Notes: a model not told the origin generated them from the letters alone. A DNA stretch of 64,000 bases from [Candidatus Thermochlorobacteriaceae] bacterium GBChlB (GCA_000724175.1 JPGV01000003.1:4205-68204), one strand, 5' to 3'; positions 17,486 to 27,946 are shown, counted from the first letter of the stretch. Made by a program: numbers and translations.

Positions 17486-18769
17486 TCATTTTTTCTTTTT
17501 CGGCAAGTAGGAGAGCATTGAGCATCGTGAGTCATCGAAGAGCATTTCGGCAAGCGCGCGAATCTCTTTGGGCGTTGTGGCATTGATGCGGTCAATGACT
17601 TCATCGCTCGATACATTGCGTCCGAAGTAGTAGATGTCTCGCGCCAAGTGCGACATACGGCTCGACATACTTTCCTGCGCCATAATAATTCCGCCTTTCA
17701 ACTGCGCCTTCGAGAGGTCTAATTCCTTTGGCGAGACAGGCTTATCGATGAGTTTCTTTAACTCGTCCTTGATGAGCCTAACGGATTTATCTGTTTTTTC
17801 TTTGTCGGTGCCGATGTAGATGTTCAGCATATTGGTTTCGTCATAACTGTGCAACGACGAGTAAATCGTATAAGCCAAGCCTTGTTTTTCGCGCAGTTCC
17901 AAGTTGAGCCGCGAACTCATGCCGCCGCCCAACACGGTGTTCAAAAGCAGCGCGGCGTAGTAGCGGTCGTCGTTTCGTGCGAAAGGGAATCCCAGCATCA
18001 CGTGCGCCTGCGAAATTGGCTTTGCTTTTTCTTTGACAAACGGCACATAGGTCTCGTGACGGTAGTGCTGACGCGGCTTTGCAGCCGTATGGCGACGTTT
18101 TGGAATATATTTTTCCGCCAGTCGCAGCATCTCGGCGTGCGAGATGTTGCCAGCAGCAACAAGCAGCATCTTGTCCGTTGTATAGGTCTGGCGCAGGTAG
18201 TTGTCGATTTCTTGGCGCGTAAAGGAACGGACGGTTTTTTCCGTGCCTGCAATTGGCATTCCAAGCGGATGTCCGCCGTAAAAAAATTCGTCGAACTCGT
18301 CGCCGATAAGGTCGTCGGGCGTGTCTTCCGTGCTTTTGATTTCCTCAATGACGACGTCTTTTTCTTTCTCTAACTCATCGGCAGGGAATGTTGGGTTGAA
18401 CACCAAATCCGCAAGCACATCGACCGCCACTGCGATATGTTCGTCCAACACGCGCGCATAAAAACAGGTTTGTTCCTTCGTGGTATAGGCGTTCAAGTAG
18501 CCACCGACGCGCTCCAAACTTTTCGAGATTTCAATGTAGTCGCGCTTCTTCGTGCCTTTGAAGACCAAATGCTCGATGAAATGCGAGATGCCATTTTGCG
18601 TCGGCGATTCGTCGCGCGAGCCTGTCTCCGTCCATAGCCCGACGGAAACGCTGCGCACCGTTTTAACGGTTTCGGTGATAACGGTTAAGCCGTTGGGAAG
18701 TGTCGTCTTTTCAATCGGCGCCGCGTGAGGCGCAGCGTTAGGAACAGATGCAAGTTTCGCTTTGTGCAT
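17486..18769 (-). CDS. M16-family (pitrilysin/insulinase-like) zinc peptidase
   Basis: 427 aa. Has the inverted zinc motif HFIEHLVFKGT (HxxEH) and a downstream E in the LNAYT region. Confidence 0.88.
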   Translation of the reverse strand: MHKAKLASVPNAAPHAAPIEKTTLPNGLTVITETVKTVRSVSVGLWTETGSRDESPTQNGISHFIEHLVFKGTKKRDYIEISKSLERVGGYLNAYTTKEQTCFYARVLDEHIAVAVDVLADLVFNPTFPADELEKEKDVVIEEIKSTEDTPDDLIGDEFDEFFYGGHPLGMPIAGTEKTVRSFTRQEIDNYLRQTYTTDKMLLVAAGNISHAEMLRLAEKYIPKRRHTAAKPRQHYRHETYVPFVKEKAKPISQAHVMLGFPFARNDDRYYAALLLNTVLGGGMSSRLNLELREKQGLAYTIYSSLHSYDETNMLNIYIGTDKEKTDKSVRLIKDELKKLIDKPVSPKELDLSKAQLKGGIIMAQESMSSRMSHLARDIYYFGRNVSSDEVIDRINATTPKEIRALAEMLFDDSRCSMLSYLPKKKK

Positions 18770-18840
18770 ATTCTCGGAGTAAATTTAAATCAACTGAATG
18801 TGGCGAATATAGCAAACGCTGTTTCGGCGAGGGAAATTTT

Positions 18841-18969
18841 ATGCGAAAGAAATTTGAACCCATCGGCGTGTATTATCAAGGATTGGTCAGCGTGCAGGTG
18901 GTTAAAGCAGGACTGAACGCCGCGCGCGACCTTATCGAGATGCTCGAAGGCAGACCAAAAAAATCGTAA
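18841..18969 (+). CDS. Possible small protein (42 aa) immediately upstream of hscB
   Basis: ATG-initiated ORF MRKKFEPIGVYYQGLVSVQVVKAGLNAARDLIEMLEGRPKKS. Its stop lies 7 nt before the hscB ATG. No homology recognised. Confidence 0.25.
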   Translation: MRKKFEPIGVYYQGLVSVQVVKAGLNAARDLIEMLEGRPKKS

Positions 18970-18976
18970 TGACGAT

Positions 18977-19540
18977 ATGTCCCAAAAAAACTACTACGAC
19001 CTTTTCGGCTTGTCTGAAAAGCTGAACATAGACGCCAAAGACTTGCAAAAGCGCTTCTATGCGCTCTCCAAAGCGGTGCATCCCGATTTTCATCAAACTG
19101 CAACGGGTGCCGAACAAGCCGCCAGCCTTGATGCCTCGTCGGAACTTAATCAAGCCTTTCTGACGCTTAAAGACCGCGACAAACGACTGACTTATGTGAT
19201 TACGCAATACTTGGGCGACCTGACCGATGCGGAGAAGAAGCAAACGCCGCCCGAACTCTTGATGCAACTCATGGAAATACGAGAAAAGTTGGAAGCGTTC
19301 AAACATGGCAAAGACGACGCGCTGAAGAGCGACCTTGCTGGCGACTCTGACGCCTTGCAACACACACAGCGCTCGATTGACCAAGCGATTGACGACTTAA
19401 TGACAAAGTTCGATGCAACCGAGGCGCCCGACGCCAAACGCCAAACACTTGCGGAAATTCGAAAATTAATGTTGAGAAAAAATTATCTGCGCTCGCTTAT
19501 TACAACCATTCAAACCGAGCTTAATCCGTCTGAATTATGA
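18977..19540 (+). CDS. hscB: HscB-like J-domain co-chaperone
   Basis: 187 aa. Has a J domain with NYYDLFGL and the HPD tripeptide (AVHPDF), followed by a helical C-terminal domain as in HscB/Jac1. Confidence 0.8.
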   Translation: MSQKNYYDLFGLSEKLNIDAKDLQKRFYALSKAVHPDFHQTATGAEQAASLDASSELNQAFLTLKDRDKRLTYVITQYLGDLTDAEKKQTPPELLMQLMEIREKLEAFKHGKDDALKSDLAGDSDALQHTQRSIDQAIDDLMTKFDATEAPDAKRQTLAEIRKLMLRKNYLRSLITTIQTELNPSEL

Positions 19541-19583
19541 GGACTTCAACGATGGATTTCCGTCTCTGCGGAAATAACAACTT

Positions 19584-20591
19584 GTGAACATTCTCATCAC
19601 TGGCGCGACGGGCTACGTTGGTTCGGCGGTCGCCGAACACCTACAGCGCGAACATGGAAAAAACGTCTCGCTCTTTGCACTTGTCCGCACCTCATCGGCG
19701 CGCGCGCGACTTGCAGGGTTGCCTGTTACCTTCCTCGAGGGTGATGTTACCGACGCGCCATCCGTTTGGAAAGCAGTTGAGGGAATGGATGTCGTTTTTC
19801 ACGTGGCAGGGCTGATTTCATCGGAGCAGCGACAGTATCGGCGGCTTTACAAAATCAATGTCATCGGCACGCGCAACGTTGTCGATGCTTGCTTGAACAG
19901 CACGGTGCAGAAGCTCATTCACACCAGCTCGACGGCGGCAATCGGCGTGGCGGGCGACGGCGCGTTGAACAACGAGAAGACTGCGTTTCAAGAGTGGCAG
20001 TTGCGGCTTGGATACATGGCATCGAAGTATTTGGCAGAATTTGAAATTCAGCGCGGCGTGGCTGAAGGCTTGGACGCGGTCATTGTCAATCCCAGCATCG
20101 TTGTTGGCACGTTTGGCAACGCACCTGTCATGAACGAAGCATCGTTGTTTTTGCGCGACATCTATCGCGGAAAAATTCCATACTACCCAACGGGCGGTGC
20201 AGGATTTGTCGATATTGCCGACGTGGCACAGGCTCATGAACATGCATGGCTGCGCGGTAACCGAGGCGAGCGTTACATCGTCAATGCAGACAACCTCGAT
20301 TACAAAACTGTCTTTGAACTTGTCGCTGCGCTGCCTAACGCTCGACCGCTTGCTGCGGAGCCGCTTGGACATTGGCTTGGTCGTGTTGCTGGTCTTGGCG
20401 CAGAACTTTGGGCGTCCATCGTTGGTGGGCAACCGCGCATCACCCTCGACCGCGCACGGCTGTCGGAACGGCGCCTGTTCTACAATAATCAAAAGTCGAT
20501 ACAGGAGCTGGGGATGGCGTATATTCCGTTCCGTGAAACGCTCAATCGCATTGCGTTTGCATCTAAACACGACAACGCAACTGCCGTATAA
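19584..20591 (+). CDS. NAD(P)-dependent epimerase/dehydratase-family SDR (extended SDR)
   Basis: 335 aa with a GTG start. Has the Rossmann motif ILITGATGYVGSAV and the YMASKYLAE (YxxxK) catalytic motif. Confidence 0.85.
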   Translation: MNILITGATGYVGSAVAEHLQREHGKNVSLFALVRTSSARARLAGLPVTFLEGDVTDAPSVWKAVEGMDVVFHVAGLISSEQRQYRRLYKINVIGTRNVVDACLNSTVQKLIHTSSTAAIGVAGDGALNNEKTAFQEWQLRLGYMASKYLAEFEIQRGVAEGLDAVIVNPSIVVGTFGNAPVMNEASLFLRDIYRGKIPYYPTGGAGFVDIADVAQAHEHAWLRGNRGERYIVNADNLDYKTVFELVAALPNARPLAAEPLGHWLGRVAGLGAELWASIVGGQPRITLDRARLSERRLFYNNQKSIQELGMAYIPFRETLNRIAFASKHDNATAV

Positions 20592-20615
20592 AAGTAGCAA
20601 CTTAAAGTTTTTCAG

Positions 20616-21218
20616 ATGGCAACACCCAAGACATTAACCTTTACATCTACTGCTGTTGTTCTTTCTTTTCTTTTGTCGCTGAACGAGGCTCGCGCACAAG
20701 CCCCTGGGCTGCAAGCGGGACAGACCGCGCCAAACTTCACGCTGCCGAGTGTATCGGGAAACAGTTACTCGCTTTATTCGCGTAAGGGCGCAGCGGGCTA
20801 TGTGATTGTGTTTATCTCGACGCAATGCCCCGTGTCTAATTCCTACAATTCGCGCTACATCAAACTCGCAGACTTGGCGAAGCAAAGCCTGATGGATTTC
20901 GTTGCCATCAATTCCAATGCAACCGAGCCACTGGACGAAGTCAAAGCGCACGCCGCCGAAAAAACCTTTCCGTTTCCGGTTCTCAAAGACGCGGGCGCGA
21001 AAGTCGCCGACGCTTTTGGCGCGATGGTTACGCCCGAAGTGTTCTTCCTTGACGCGGATTTCCGTTTAGTCTATCGTGGCCGCATTGACGACAATCAGCG
21101 CGAAGAAAAAGCCGTGTCAAAAGATTTAGAGGAGGCTCTGGCGGCGTATCTCGGCGGAATGCGGACCGCCAACAAATATCAACAGCCCAAAGGCTGTATC
21201 ATCAAGAAAACAGAATAA
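20616..21218 (+). CDS. Secreted thioredoxin-fold redoxin (TlpA/AhpC-TSA-like) with a CxxS active site
   Basis: 200 aa. Has a signal peptide and [12 protein letters not shown] in place of CxxC. Confidence 0.78.
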   Translation: MATPKTLTFTSTAVVLSFLLSLNEARAQAPGLQAGQTAPNFTLPSVSGNSYSLYSRKGAAGYVIVFISTQCPVSNSYNSRYIKLADLAKQSLMDFVAINSNATEPLDEVKAHAAEKTFPFPVLKDAGAKVADAFGAMVTPEVFFLDADFRLVYRGRIDDNQREEKAVSKDLEEALAAYLGGMRTANKYQQPKGCIIKKTE

Positions 21219-21249
21219 TTTTTTTCATCAACTCTATCCACAACTCAGT

Positions 21250-22353
21250 ATGGCAAAGGAATCGAAGGAGAAAGCGGCAGAGAAAGCTCAAGCCAACGGC
21301 AAAATGGATCCCGAAAAAAAGAAACAACTTGATTTGGCAATCGATGCGCTCGAAAAGCAATTTGGCAAAGGCACGATTATGAAATTGGGCGACGACTCTG
21401 TTGCGCAAGTGCCAGTCATCTCAACAGGGTCGCTTTCGCTCGATTTTGCGCTGGGTGTCGGCGGCTTGCCCAAAGGCAGAATTATTGAAATCTACGGGCC
21501 AGAATCGTCGGGTAAAACGACGCTCACGCTGCACGTCATTGCCGAAGCGCAAAAAGAACACGGGGTCTGCGCTTTCGTCGACGCCGAGCACGCCTTCGAC
21601 CAAGTCTATGCGAAAAAGCTCGGCGTTGATACGAAGTCGCTCTTGGTCAGCCAACCTGAGTCGGGCGAACAGGCGCTCACGATTGTCGACACGCTGGTTC
21701 GAAGTGGCGCGGTTGATGTGGTCGTGGTCGATTCGGTTGCGGCACTCGTTCCGCAAGCCGAATTGGAAGGCGAAATGGGCGACGCACAAGTCGGGCTTCA
21801 AGCGCGGCTGATGTCGCAAGCGCTCCGGAAACTGACGGGCGTGATTTCAAAATCAAGCTGTATGGTCGTCTTCATCAACCAACTGCGCGATAAAATCGGC
21901 GTGATGTATGGCAGCCCTGAAACCACGACAGGCGGCAAAGCCTTGAAATTCTATGCGTCAGTTCGGCTCGATATTCGCCGCATTGGGCAACTTAAAGAAG
22001 GCACGGACATCGTCGGCAACCGCACCAAAGTCAAGGTCGTTAAAAACAAAGTCGCGCCGCCGTTCAAAGAAGTCGAGTTCGACATCATTTACGGCGAAGG
22101 CATTTCCAAACTTGGCGAAATGATTGATATGGCGGTCGAGTTCGGCATCATCAAAAAATCAGGTGCGTGGTTCAGTTACGAAAATGAAAAGTTAGGACAA
22201 GGGCGGGAAGCCGTCAAAACGCTGCTCAAAAACGACAAAGCATTTTACGATAAAATTTACATGCAAGTCCGCGACGCTCTCATGAACACCAAGAACGACG
22301 CGGTTTTCGCCAGCGCGCCCGAAGAAGAGGAAGAAGAAGCGCCAGAGGAGTAG
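21250..22353 (+). CDS. recA: Recombinase A
   Basis: 367 aa. Contains [10 protein letters not shown] (Walker A), VVVDSVAAL and [12 protein letters not shown], plus an acidic C-terminal tail [10 protein letters not shown]. Confidence 0.97.
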   Translation: MAKESKEKAAEKAQANGKMDPEKKKQLDLAIDALEKQFGKGTIMKLGDDSVAQVPVISTGSLSLDFALGVGGLPKGRIIEIYGPESSGKTTLTLHVIAEAQKEHGVCAFVDAEHAFDQVYAKKLGVDTKSLLVSQPESGEQALTIVDTLVRSGAVDVVVVDSVAALVPQAELEGEMGDAQVGLQARLMSQALRKLTGVISKSSCMVVFINQLRDKIGVMYGSPETTTGGKALKFYASVRLDIRRIGQLKEGTDIVGNRTKVKVVKNKVAPPFKEVEFDIIYGEGISKLGEMIDMAVEFGIIKKSGAWFSYENEKLGQGREAVKTLLKNDKAFYDKIYMQVRDALMNTKNDAVFASAPEEEEEEAPEE

Positions 22354-22392
22354 CTTACGTGCGCACGCTGATGAACGCCAACGGCAGCAGAG

Positions 22393-23229
22393 TTACAGGC
22401 GCGACGCCGTTTCAAATTCGGTGAGTTTCGCATCGCAGCGTTCATAGAGCTGCTGCCAATCGACGAGCGGCGACATTTCATTCACTTGCAAGTGCGTCGA
22501 GAGCGCGGGAATCGGCGAGACGCACAACCCTCTGCCCAGAAACAGCAACCGACCAAAGAGCCGTCGGCTTAAATAGCCGTCGTCGGCGTTGTCGGCAGAT
22601 TTCAACATTGCAGCTTGGTATTTTTTAATTGATTTGACCTCTCCCAAAAACGAATATGTGGCGTGGCTTACCTGCCGCCAATGGCAATACTTTGAGAGAA
22701 ACAAAAACGAGTGTTTGCGTTGAGCCGCCTTGTATCGGTCGGGATAATCGGGCGGGTGAATGAAGAGCGGCTTATTGTTCAATTGGTCGATAAAAATTTT
22801 CATCCACGCTCGGCGCGGCACATAGTTCAGAATGTCCATTCGGTTCTGAATCAGGTCGTCAATCCACAGAAACGCATACGGCTGGTGCAGGTAATCGTCT
22901 TCGCAGAAATAAATCCAGTCGTCGTCGTGAAATTGCAGCGCGTAACGCACGCTCTGTCGAATTGATTCTTCGTTTCCCATAACGGCGTTCGAGAGTGTAA
23001 CGCGCTCGTCTTGCGCGGTAAAGCGATTGAAGAACGCCTGAATGTCGTCGCTGAGTTTATCGCCGAGAATGTGAATCGAGCAATCGTAATTTTTGATGGC
23101 GTCGTAAAGGCTCAGAAAGCAGAGCTTGGCTAAGCGCGTTTTGGTTAAGCCAAACGGACGCGGCGCACCGTGAACGGACAGCACGGCGTCGCAGGTGCGA
23201 AATATGACACGATATTTGGGTTGCGGCAT
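22393..23229 (-). CDS. Uncharacterised protein, possibly a GT-A-fold glycosyltransferase
   Basis: 278 aa. Has the DxD-like YFCEDDYLH. Its ATG shares one nucleotide (23229) with the stop codon of the upstream GT9 gene (TAATG). It lies within the LPS cluster. Confidence 0.45.
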   Translation of the reverse strand: MPQPKYRVIFRTCDAVLSVHGAPRPFGLTKTRLAKLCFLSLYDAIKNYDCSIHILGDKLSDDIQAFFNRFTAQDERVTLSNAVMGNEESIRQSVRYALQFHDDDWIYFCEDDYLHQPYAFLWIDDLIQNRMDILNYVPRRAWMKIFIDQLNNKPLFIHPPDYPDRYKAAQRKHSFLFLSKYCHWRQVSHATYSFLGEVKSIKKYQAAMLKSADNADDGYLSRRLFGRLLFLGRGLCVSPIPALSTHLQVNEMSPLVDWQQLYERCDAKLTEFETASRL

Positions 23230-24410
23230 TAGGCAGACGAGGTTACGGGCGGTTGTAGCGCACGGAGTTCATCGAGCAGCGACGCTACCGCATCAAAGAC
23301 GACGCGCGCAGGAATATCCGCCACCAGTGCATCTTCGGGCGCAATCACAAGTCGATGCGGCACTTGATAGGGCGTCCATTCGGCAGTTTTGCCACTTTGA
23401 ATGTTGGTGTAAAGCGCAACCACCGGTGTTTGGGCTGCAGATGCCAGATGCACCACGCCTGTATCGGGGGTTATCAGCATCAATGAGCGCGACAGCAACT
23501 CGACAATCTCAAAGATGTTTTTCGTAGGCGGGAATATCACGACTCGGCTATCATTGATCGCCTCATGTATCTTTGCGGCGTCTGCCGCATCGGCTTGCGT
23601 GCAGATGACCACGATGGGATACGCTGTGCGTCGACGCACGGCGACAATCAGGTCAACAAAGTTTTGCGTCGTCCACTTCGTCGCTTCGCGTCCGGCTGAA
23701 ATGTTCACCACCAAAAACTCCCGATGGTTCAATGTGTTTTTTTCAAGAAACGCCTCAACAACCGTCGAGGGTGAGTAGTCCAATCGGATAGGTGTATCAA
23801 GGATATTTTTGCTGAACTCGACGACTTCGTTTGCCAGATGTAAATATCGCCGCGCCACATGCTGAAAGGATTGTCCTATTAAGCGAATCGTCTTGTCGAA
23901 AAACGCTCGATATTTCAACGGACGCATAATTGAGACGCGCAAGGTGTGTCGATTCCCTGCCAAATGTCCTATCAAGGCTTGACGAATGGGCTTGCGGTCG
24001 ATAAAACTGAAAATCAGGTCATAGTTGTTTTGACGCAGCGACCATACCTTGAACCAAAACGCTGGATTTTCTTGGAACAAAATCACTTTGTGAACACGGC
24101 GGTCGCCGTCGATTAACAAGCGATTGCGCGTCGAGGCAATCACATCGATTTTTATGGCAGGGTTAGCGGTGTGAAACGCAGAGATGAGCGGCATTGTAAC
24201 TGCCATATCGCCCAGCACGTCGTAACGAATGAGCAAGATGCGCTTAATGTCGGCAACAGGGATTTTTGGCTGCCTGTGTTTCGGGCGTAAGAGACAATAG
24301 CTGAGGTGGTAGACGGCGCGGCTAATCAGCCGCTTCAACCGGTGATGCGGTGCATACCACCACTTGCCGTAACGACTTTCCGACTTGTATTTTGGTTTCA
24401 ACAGCGTCAT
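23229..24410 (-). CDS. Glycosyltransferase family 9 (heptosyltransferase-like), paralog 1
   Basis: Has the N-terminal ILLIRYDVLGDM and the C-terminal PDTGVVHLASAAQTP. I used the ATG at 24410; a TTG at 24434 is an alternative start. Confidence 0.82.
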   Translation of the reverse strand: MTLLKPKYKSESRYGKWWYAPHHRLKRLISRAVYHLSYCLLRPKHRQPKIPVADIKRILLIRYDVLGDMAVTMPLISAFHTANPAIKIDVIASTRNRLLIDGDRRVHKVILFQENPAFWFKVWSLRQNNYDLIFSFIDRKPIRQALIGHLAGNRHTLRVSIMRPLKYRAFFDKTIRLIGQSFQHVARRYLHLANEVVEFSKNILDTPIRLDYSPSTVVEAFLEKNTLNHREFLVVNISAGREATKWTTQNFVDLIVAVRRRTAYPIVVICTQADAADAAKIHEAINDSRVVIFPPTKNIFEIVELLSRSLMLITPDTGVVHLASAAQTPVVALYTNIQSGKTAEWTPYQVPHRLVIAPEDALVADIPARVVFDAVASLLDELRALQPPVTSSA

Positions 24411-24492
24411 AGCACTTGCTGCAAAAGTCGGCAAATTTAGGCATATTGCGCTGATTTCTCAGTTCTCTGGATAACAAATATCGCCTCTTTTT

Positions 24493-25113
24493 ATGCCGCA
24501 AGCATCTAATCCGTCCGATTCAAATCTTATCAGCAAAGCGCAACGTTTTTTCAAGCACGCGCTCGGCAAAGACAACGAAGAAAAATGGCAGGAGCAATAC
24601 GCCAAAGGCGATTGGGCGTGGCTGCGCCGACTTGATGAACTTGGGCATCACAGTATTTTGGCAGGGTATTTCACATATCTCAAACGCGGCGGGTCGTTAT
24701 TGGATATGGGCTGCGGCGAAGGCTTGCTGCAAGAGCGGTTCACCGAAGCCGATTACTCAAAATACGTCGGCGTCGATTTCAGCGAACCCATTAAACTCGC
24801 CATCCATAAACAGACCGACAAGACGCGCTTCGTTGTCGGCGATATGAACACCTATGTTCCTGACGAGCTGTTCGACGCCATCGTCTTCAACGAATCGATT
24901 TACTATCTCGACGAGCCGTTGAAGGCGTTTCAACGGTATGCAACGCACTTAAAGCCTGACGGTATATTTTTGGTCTCGATGTTCGTCAAGGATAAGCACT
25001 TGGATATTTGGCAGAAAATCGAGAGCGGGTTTCCGCCGCTCGATGCCGTTACGATTACCAACGCGCGCGCCACAAGTTGGGTATGTAAAGCCTTAGCGCG
25101 TCCAGAGAAGTAG
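24493..25113 (+). CDS. Class I SAM-dependent methyltransferase
   Basis: 206 aa. Has motif I LLDMGCGEGLL, then a post-I acidic residue, then VFNESIYYL. Confidence 0.8.
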   Translation: MPQASNPSDSNLISKAQRFFKHALGKDNEEKWQEQYAKGDWAWLRRLDELGHHSILAGYFTYLKRGGSLLDMGCGEGLLQERFTEADYSKYVGVDFSEPIKLAIHKQTDKTRFVVGDMNTYVPDELFDAIVFNESIYYLDEPLKAFQRYATHLKPDGIFLVSMFVKDKHLDIWQKIESGFPPLDAVTITNARATSWVCKALARPEK

Positions 25114-25132
25114 ATGTTGGCAGGTCAAATCT

Positions 25133-26035
25133 TCAATTCACCTTTGAGCGCGAGACGTGCCGCAGTGCGGGGTTCAACCATCGGTCGAGTCTAAAGCCGC
25201 GCTTGAGCAGCAGCAGCCACTGTCGCCCGTCAGCGAAGAGGTCGGCACGACGTCGCATTGCGGATAAGCACAGCCACCAGCCGCGCAGGAGGTTACCATG
25301 TCGCAAATATGTGCTTCCAATTTCAAAATCAAACAGCGCTCGATACGGCAAGGGGACGCTATCTCGGTATGACTCATAGACGCGCATCGTGGCAGCGTAG
25401 TATCTTGGCTCTGTCGTGCTGGTTCGATGATGATGCTCGCGCACAAGCACCGTGTCGTTATCGACGACCGAAATTTTTAGCCCCATTGACGCTGCACGCA
25501 ACACAATTTCCCAATCTTCTCGAAATAGAAATTCATTGCGGTATTCTGGAAAGGTCGATTTACGAAATGCCGTGCCGGGCGTGCCGCCAATGAGCGCGGA
25601 AAAAAGCAGAGCGCTTGCATCAGCAGACAATTTTTTCTTTGAGGTATAGATCAGCTTGCTTTCAGTGTCAATCTTCGACCGCAGAATTGAGCAAACCACA
25701 TCAGCGCTTTCCCTGTCAAACACATCGAGCGATTCGGCGACGTAGGTTGGTCGCCATTCGTCATCATAGTCGAGAAAAAACACATACTCGCCTGTTGCCG
25801 CAGACGCACCGATGTTCCGACTTAGGCATCTTTCTTGATTCTTATCGTTGCGTAGATAGGTGATTGGTGCGTCTGAACGCATTTTCCTAACGATTTTTTC
25901 TGTGTCGTCGGTCGAGGCGTCATCGACCACAACGATGTCTAAGTCGGCGTATGTTTGCTTCAACGCAGCGTTTATGGCTCGATGAATGTATCTTGCGCCG
26001 TTGTAGACAGCAATGACTACGCTAACTTTTGGCAT
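25133..26035 (-). CDS. Glycosyltransferase family 2
   Basis: 300 aa. Contains VSVVIAVYNGARYI ... DIVVVDDASTDDT ... FLDYDDEW (DxD). Confidence 0.88.
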   Translation of the reverse strand: MPKVSVVIAVYNGARYIHRAINAALKQTYADLDIVVVDDASTDDTEKIVRKMRSDAPITYLRNDKNQERCLSRNIGASAATGEYVFFLDYDDEWRPTYVAESLDVFDRESADVVCSILRSKIDTESKLIYTSKKKLSADASALLFSALIGGTPGTAFRKSTFPEYRNEFLFREDWEIVLRAASMGLKISVVDNDTVLVREHHHRTSTTEPRYYAATMRVYESYRDSVPLPYRALFDFEIGSTYLRHGNLLRGWWLCLSAMRRRADLFADGRQWLLLLKRGFRLDRWLNPALRHVSRSKVN

Positions 26036-26045
26036 AAAAAAATTT

Positions 26046-26771
26046 ATGACCGTTCCGAAACGCCTGCCGATTTTAATGTATCACAAAATTTCGGAGACGG
26101 CACAGGACGACTTGACCGTAACGGCGTCCAGCTTCGAGGCGCATCTCTTGCACATACAAGCGCAGGGCTACACACCGATATGGTGTATCGATTTGGCAAA
26201 TTTCATTGAGCGCCAAACGCCGCTTCCCCAAAAACCAATTGTGATTTCGTTCGACGATGGCTACCAAAATAATCATGACTTGGCGTATCCACTTCTCAAA
26301 AAGTTTGGCTTTAAAGCGACGATTTTTTTGCCCGTTCAGTTCATCGGCAAAACCAATGCATGGGACGACGGCAGCGAGCGCCTTATGACCTACGACACCA
26401 TGCGCAAAATGACCGACCTCGTCGAGTTCGGCTTACACTCCTATGCGCATCTGGATTACCACACGCTGTCGTTCAATGACATTCGCGCCGACGTTGAACG
26501 CTGCCTCTCCGAATTACAACATCATCGCTTCCCGTATTCGCCTGTGTTTGCCTATCCCTACGGCAGTCTGCCGAAGGATAACTCAATTAAAACCAACCTT
26601 AAACAGTTGTTTCAACAGCATGGCATCAGGCTTGCAATGCGAATTAAAGGCGAAACAAATCGGTTGCCAATTCAAGACCGTTATGAACTGCGGCGCATCG
26701 GCATTTCAGGCTTGGATTCACTCTTGCAGTTTAAACTGAAACTGTGGTCGGGCAGAGCAAGATGGGTTTAA
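26046..26771 (+). CDS. Polysaccharide deacetylase (NodB homology domain)
   Basis: 241 aa from the ATG at 26046. Contains ILMYHKI, ISFDDGY and GLHSYAH motifs. The track ORF from 26013 would overlap the divergent GT2 gene. Confidence 0.85.
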   Translation: MTVPKRLPILMYHKISETAQDDLTVTASSFEAHLLHIQAQGYTPIWCIDLANFIERQTPLPQKPIVISFDDGYQNNHDLAYPLLKKFGFKATIFLPVQFIGKTNAWDDGSERLMTYDTMRKMTDLVEFGLHSYAHLDYHTLSFNDIRADVERCLSELQHHRFPYSPVFAYPYGSLPKDNSIKTNLKQLFQQHGIRLAMRIKGETNRLPIQDRYELRRIGISGLDSLLQFKLKLWSGRARWV

Positions 26772-26926
26772 TGCTTGCATTGCACAGCCCATGCTATCCT
26801 TATCGAGCAAGAGTAGAGTTGTCGTTGGAAGCAAGAGGCAATGCGACTCATAACATTCACCGCTGGTCAGCACGATGCTTGTCGTGCGTCGAGTAGGAAT
26901 GGAAAACCACTTATGCGGTTAGCGGC

Positions 26927-27928
26927 TCATTGCAGAAAGCGGACGGTACTCTGGACGATGTCGAGCGTGTTCATCTGCGATAAGCATTTTGGCTCGCCGA
27001 ATTTGCATGTCGTTGAAACGCACGGCGCACAGTCCAGCCCTTGCACACGAAAGCCGACAGAATTTTCGACATGATATGGCGCTGTATTTCGCTCATCGCC
27101 TGCGCCATAAAGCACAAGCGTCGGTGTGCCAACAGCGTTTGCCAGATGTGCGGCGCCGGAATCGGTTGAAATGACAAGGCTCGACGCCGCCAGCAGGCTT
27201 GCAAGTTCTTTAATCGATGTTTTGCCAGCCATGTTCACAACGCGATTCGGGTTGGCAACCAATTTTTGAAATGCTTCTGTGTAAGCCCGCTCTTTTTTTG
27301 AACCCGTCAGAATCAGTGTTGCGTCAGGAAGTTTTTCGAGCAATAGGTTGGCAATCTCCAACCCTTTTTCTATCGGGACGATTTTTGACTGACTTTCCGA
27401 ATTAAGATTCAATACAATTTTATGTCGCGCTGAAATGCTGGCGAGAACTTCATCAGGCGGCGGCATAAGTTTAACCGTTAGGTTTTTCGTCGGAGAATCC
27501 AGTAAGCCGTGAAGCAAGAGCGCGTATTCTTCGCTGCGATGGATATTTTTTGGAACATCGTGCGCTGTTGTAAAGAGCATCGACCGCAGGTTACCCTTGA
27601 AGCCGACGCGGCGTTTTGCGCCAGCAAGTTTTCCCATCAACGCCGATGAAAACGACGGCGGCAAACAAAAATACACATCGTAGTTGTCCGAAATACCCTT
27701 TGAGAAACGATATAAGCCGCCGAGCCCTGTAAAATCAGCCTTCGAGAAGCGATGCACAGTTTTGATAAACGGCAGAAGGTCAAAGAGGTCGGCGATTTCC
27801 GCTTTAGCGACGACGGAAATTTCGGCGTCGGGCAGTGCGTCGCGGAGTTTGTAAAAAAACCCGGTGCTCATCACCAAATCGCCGAGCCAATTCGGCGCAC
27901 GGACGAGAATTTTTCGCGGCAAATTCAT
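26927..27928 (-). CDS. Glycosyltransferase family 9 (WaaF/WaaC-like heptosyltransferase), paralog 2
   Basis: 333 aa. Has the N-terminal ILVRAPNWLGDLVMS and the C-terminal TDSGAAHLANAVGTPTLVLYG. Confidence 0.87.
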   Translation of the reverse strand: MNLPRKILVRAPNWLGDLVMSTGFFYKLRDALPDAEISVVAKAEIADLFDLLPFIKTVHRFSKADFTGLGGLYRFSKGISDNYDVYFCLPPSFSSALMGKLAGAKRRVGFKGNLRSMLFTTAHDVPKNIHRSEEYALLLHGLLDSPTKNLTVKLMPPPDEVLASISARHKIVLNLNSESQSKIVPIEKGLEIANLLLEKLPDATLILTGSKKERAYTEAFQKLVANPNRVVNMAGKTSIKELASLLAASSLVISTDSGAAHLANAVGTPTLVLYGAGDERNTAPYHVENSVGFRVQGLDCAPCVSTTCKFGEPKCLSQMNTLDIVQSTVRFLQ

Positions 27929-27946
27929 ATCGTCAGACCTTGTCGC

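Noticed and set aside
22358-22367. 10-bp palindrome CGTGCGCACG just after the recA stop, considered as a terminator
   Set aside because: With no loop it can form a stem of only ~3 bp, and there is no U-tract. This is not a credible intrinsic terminator.
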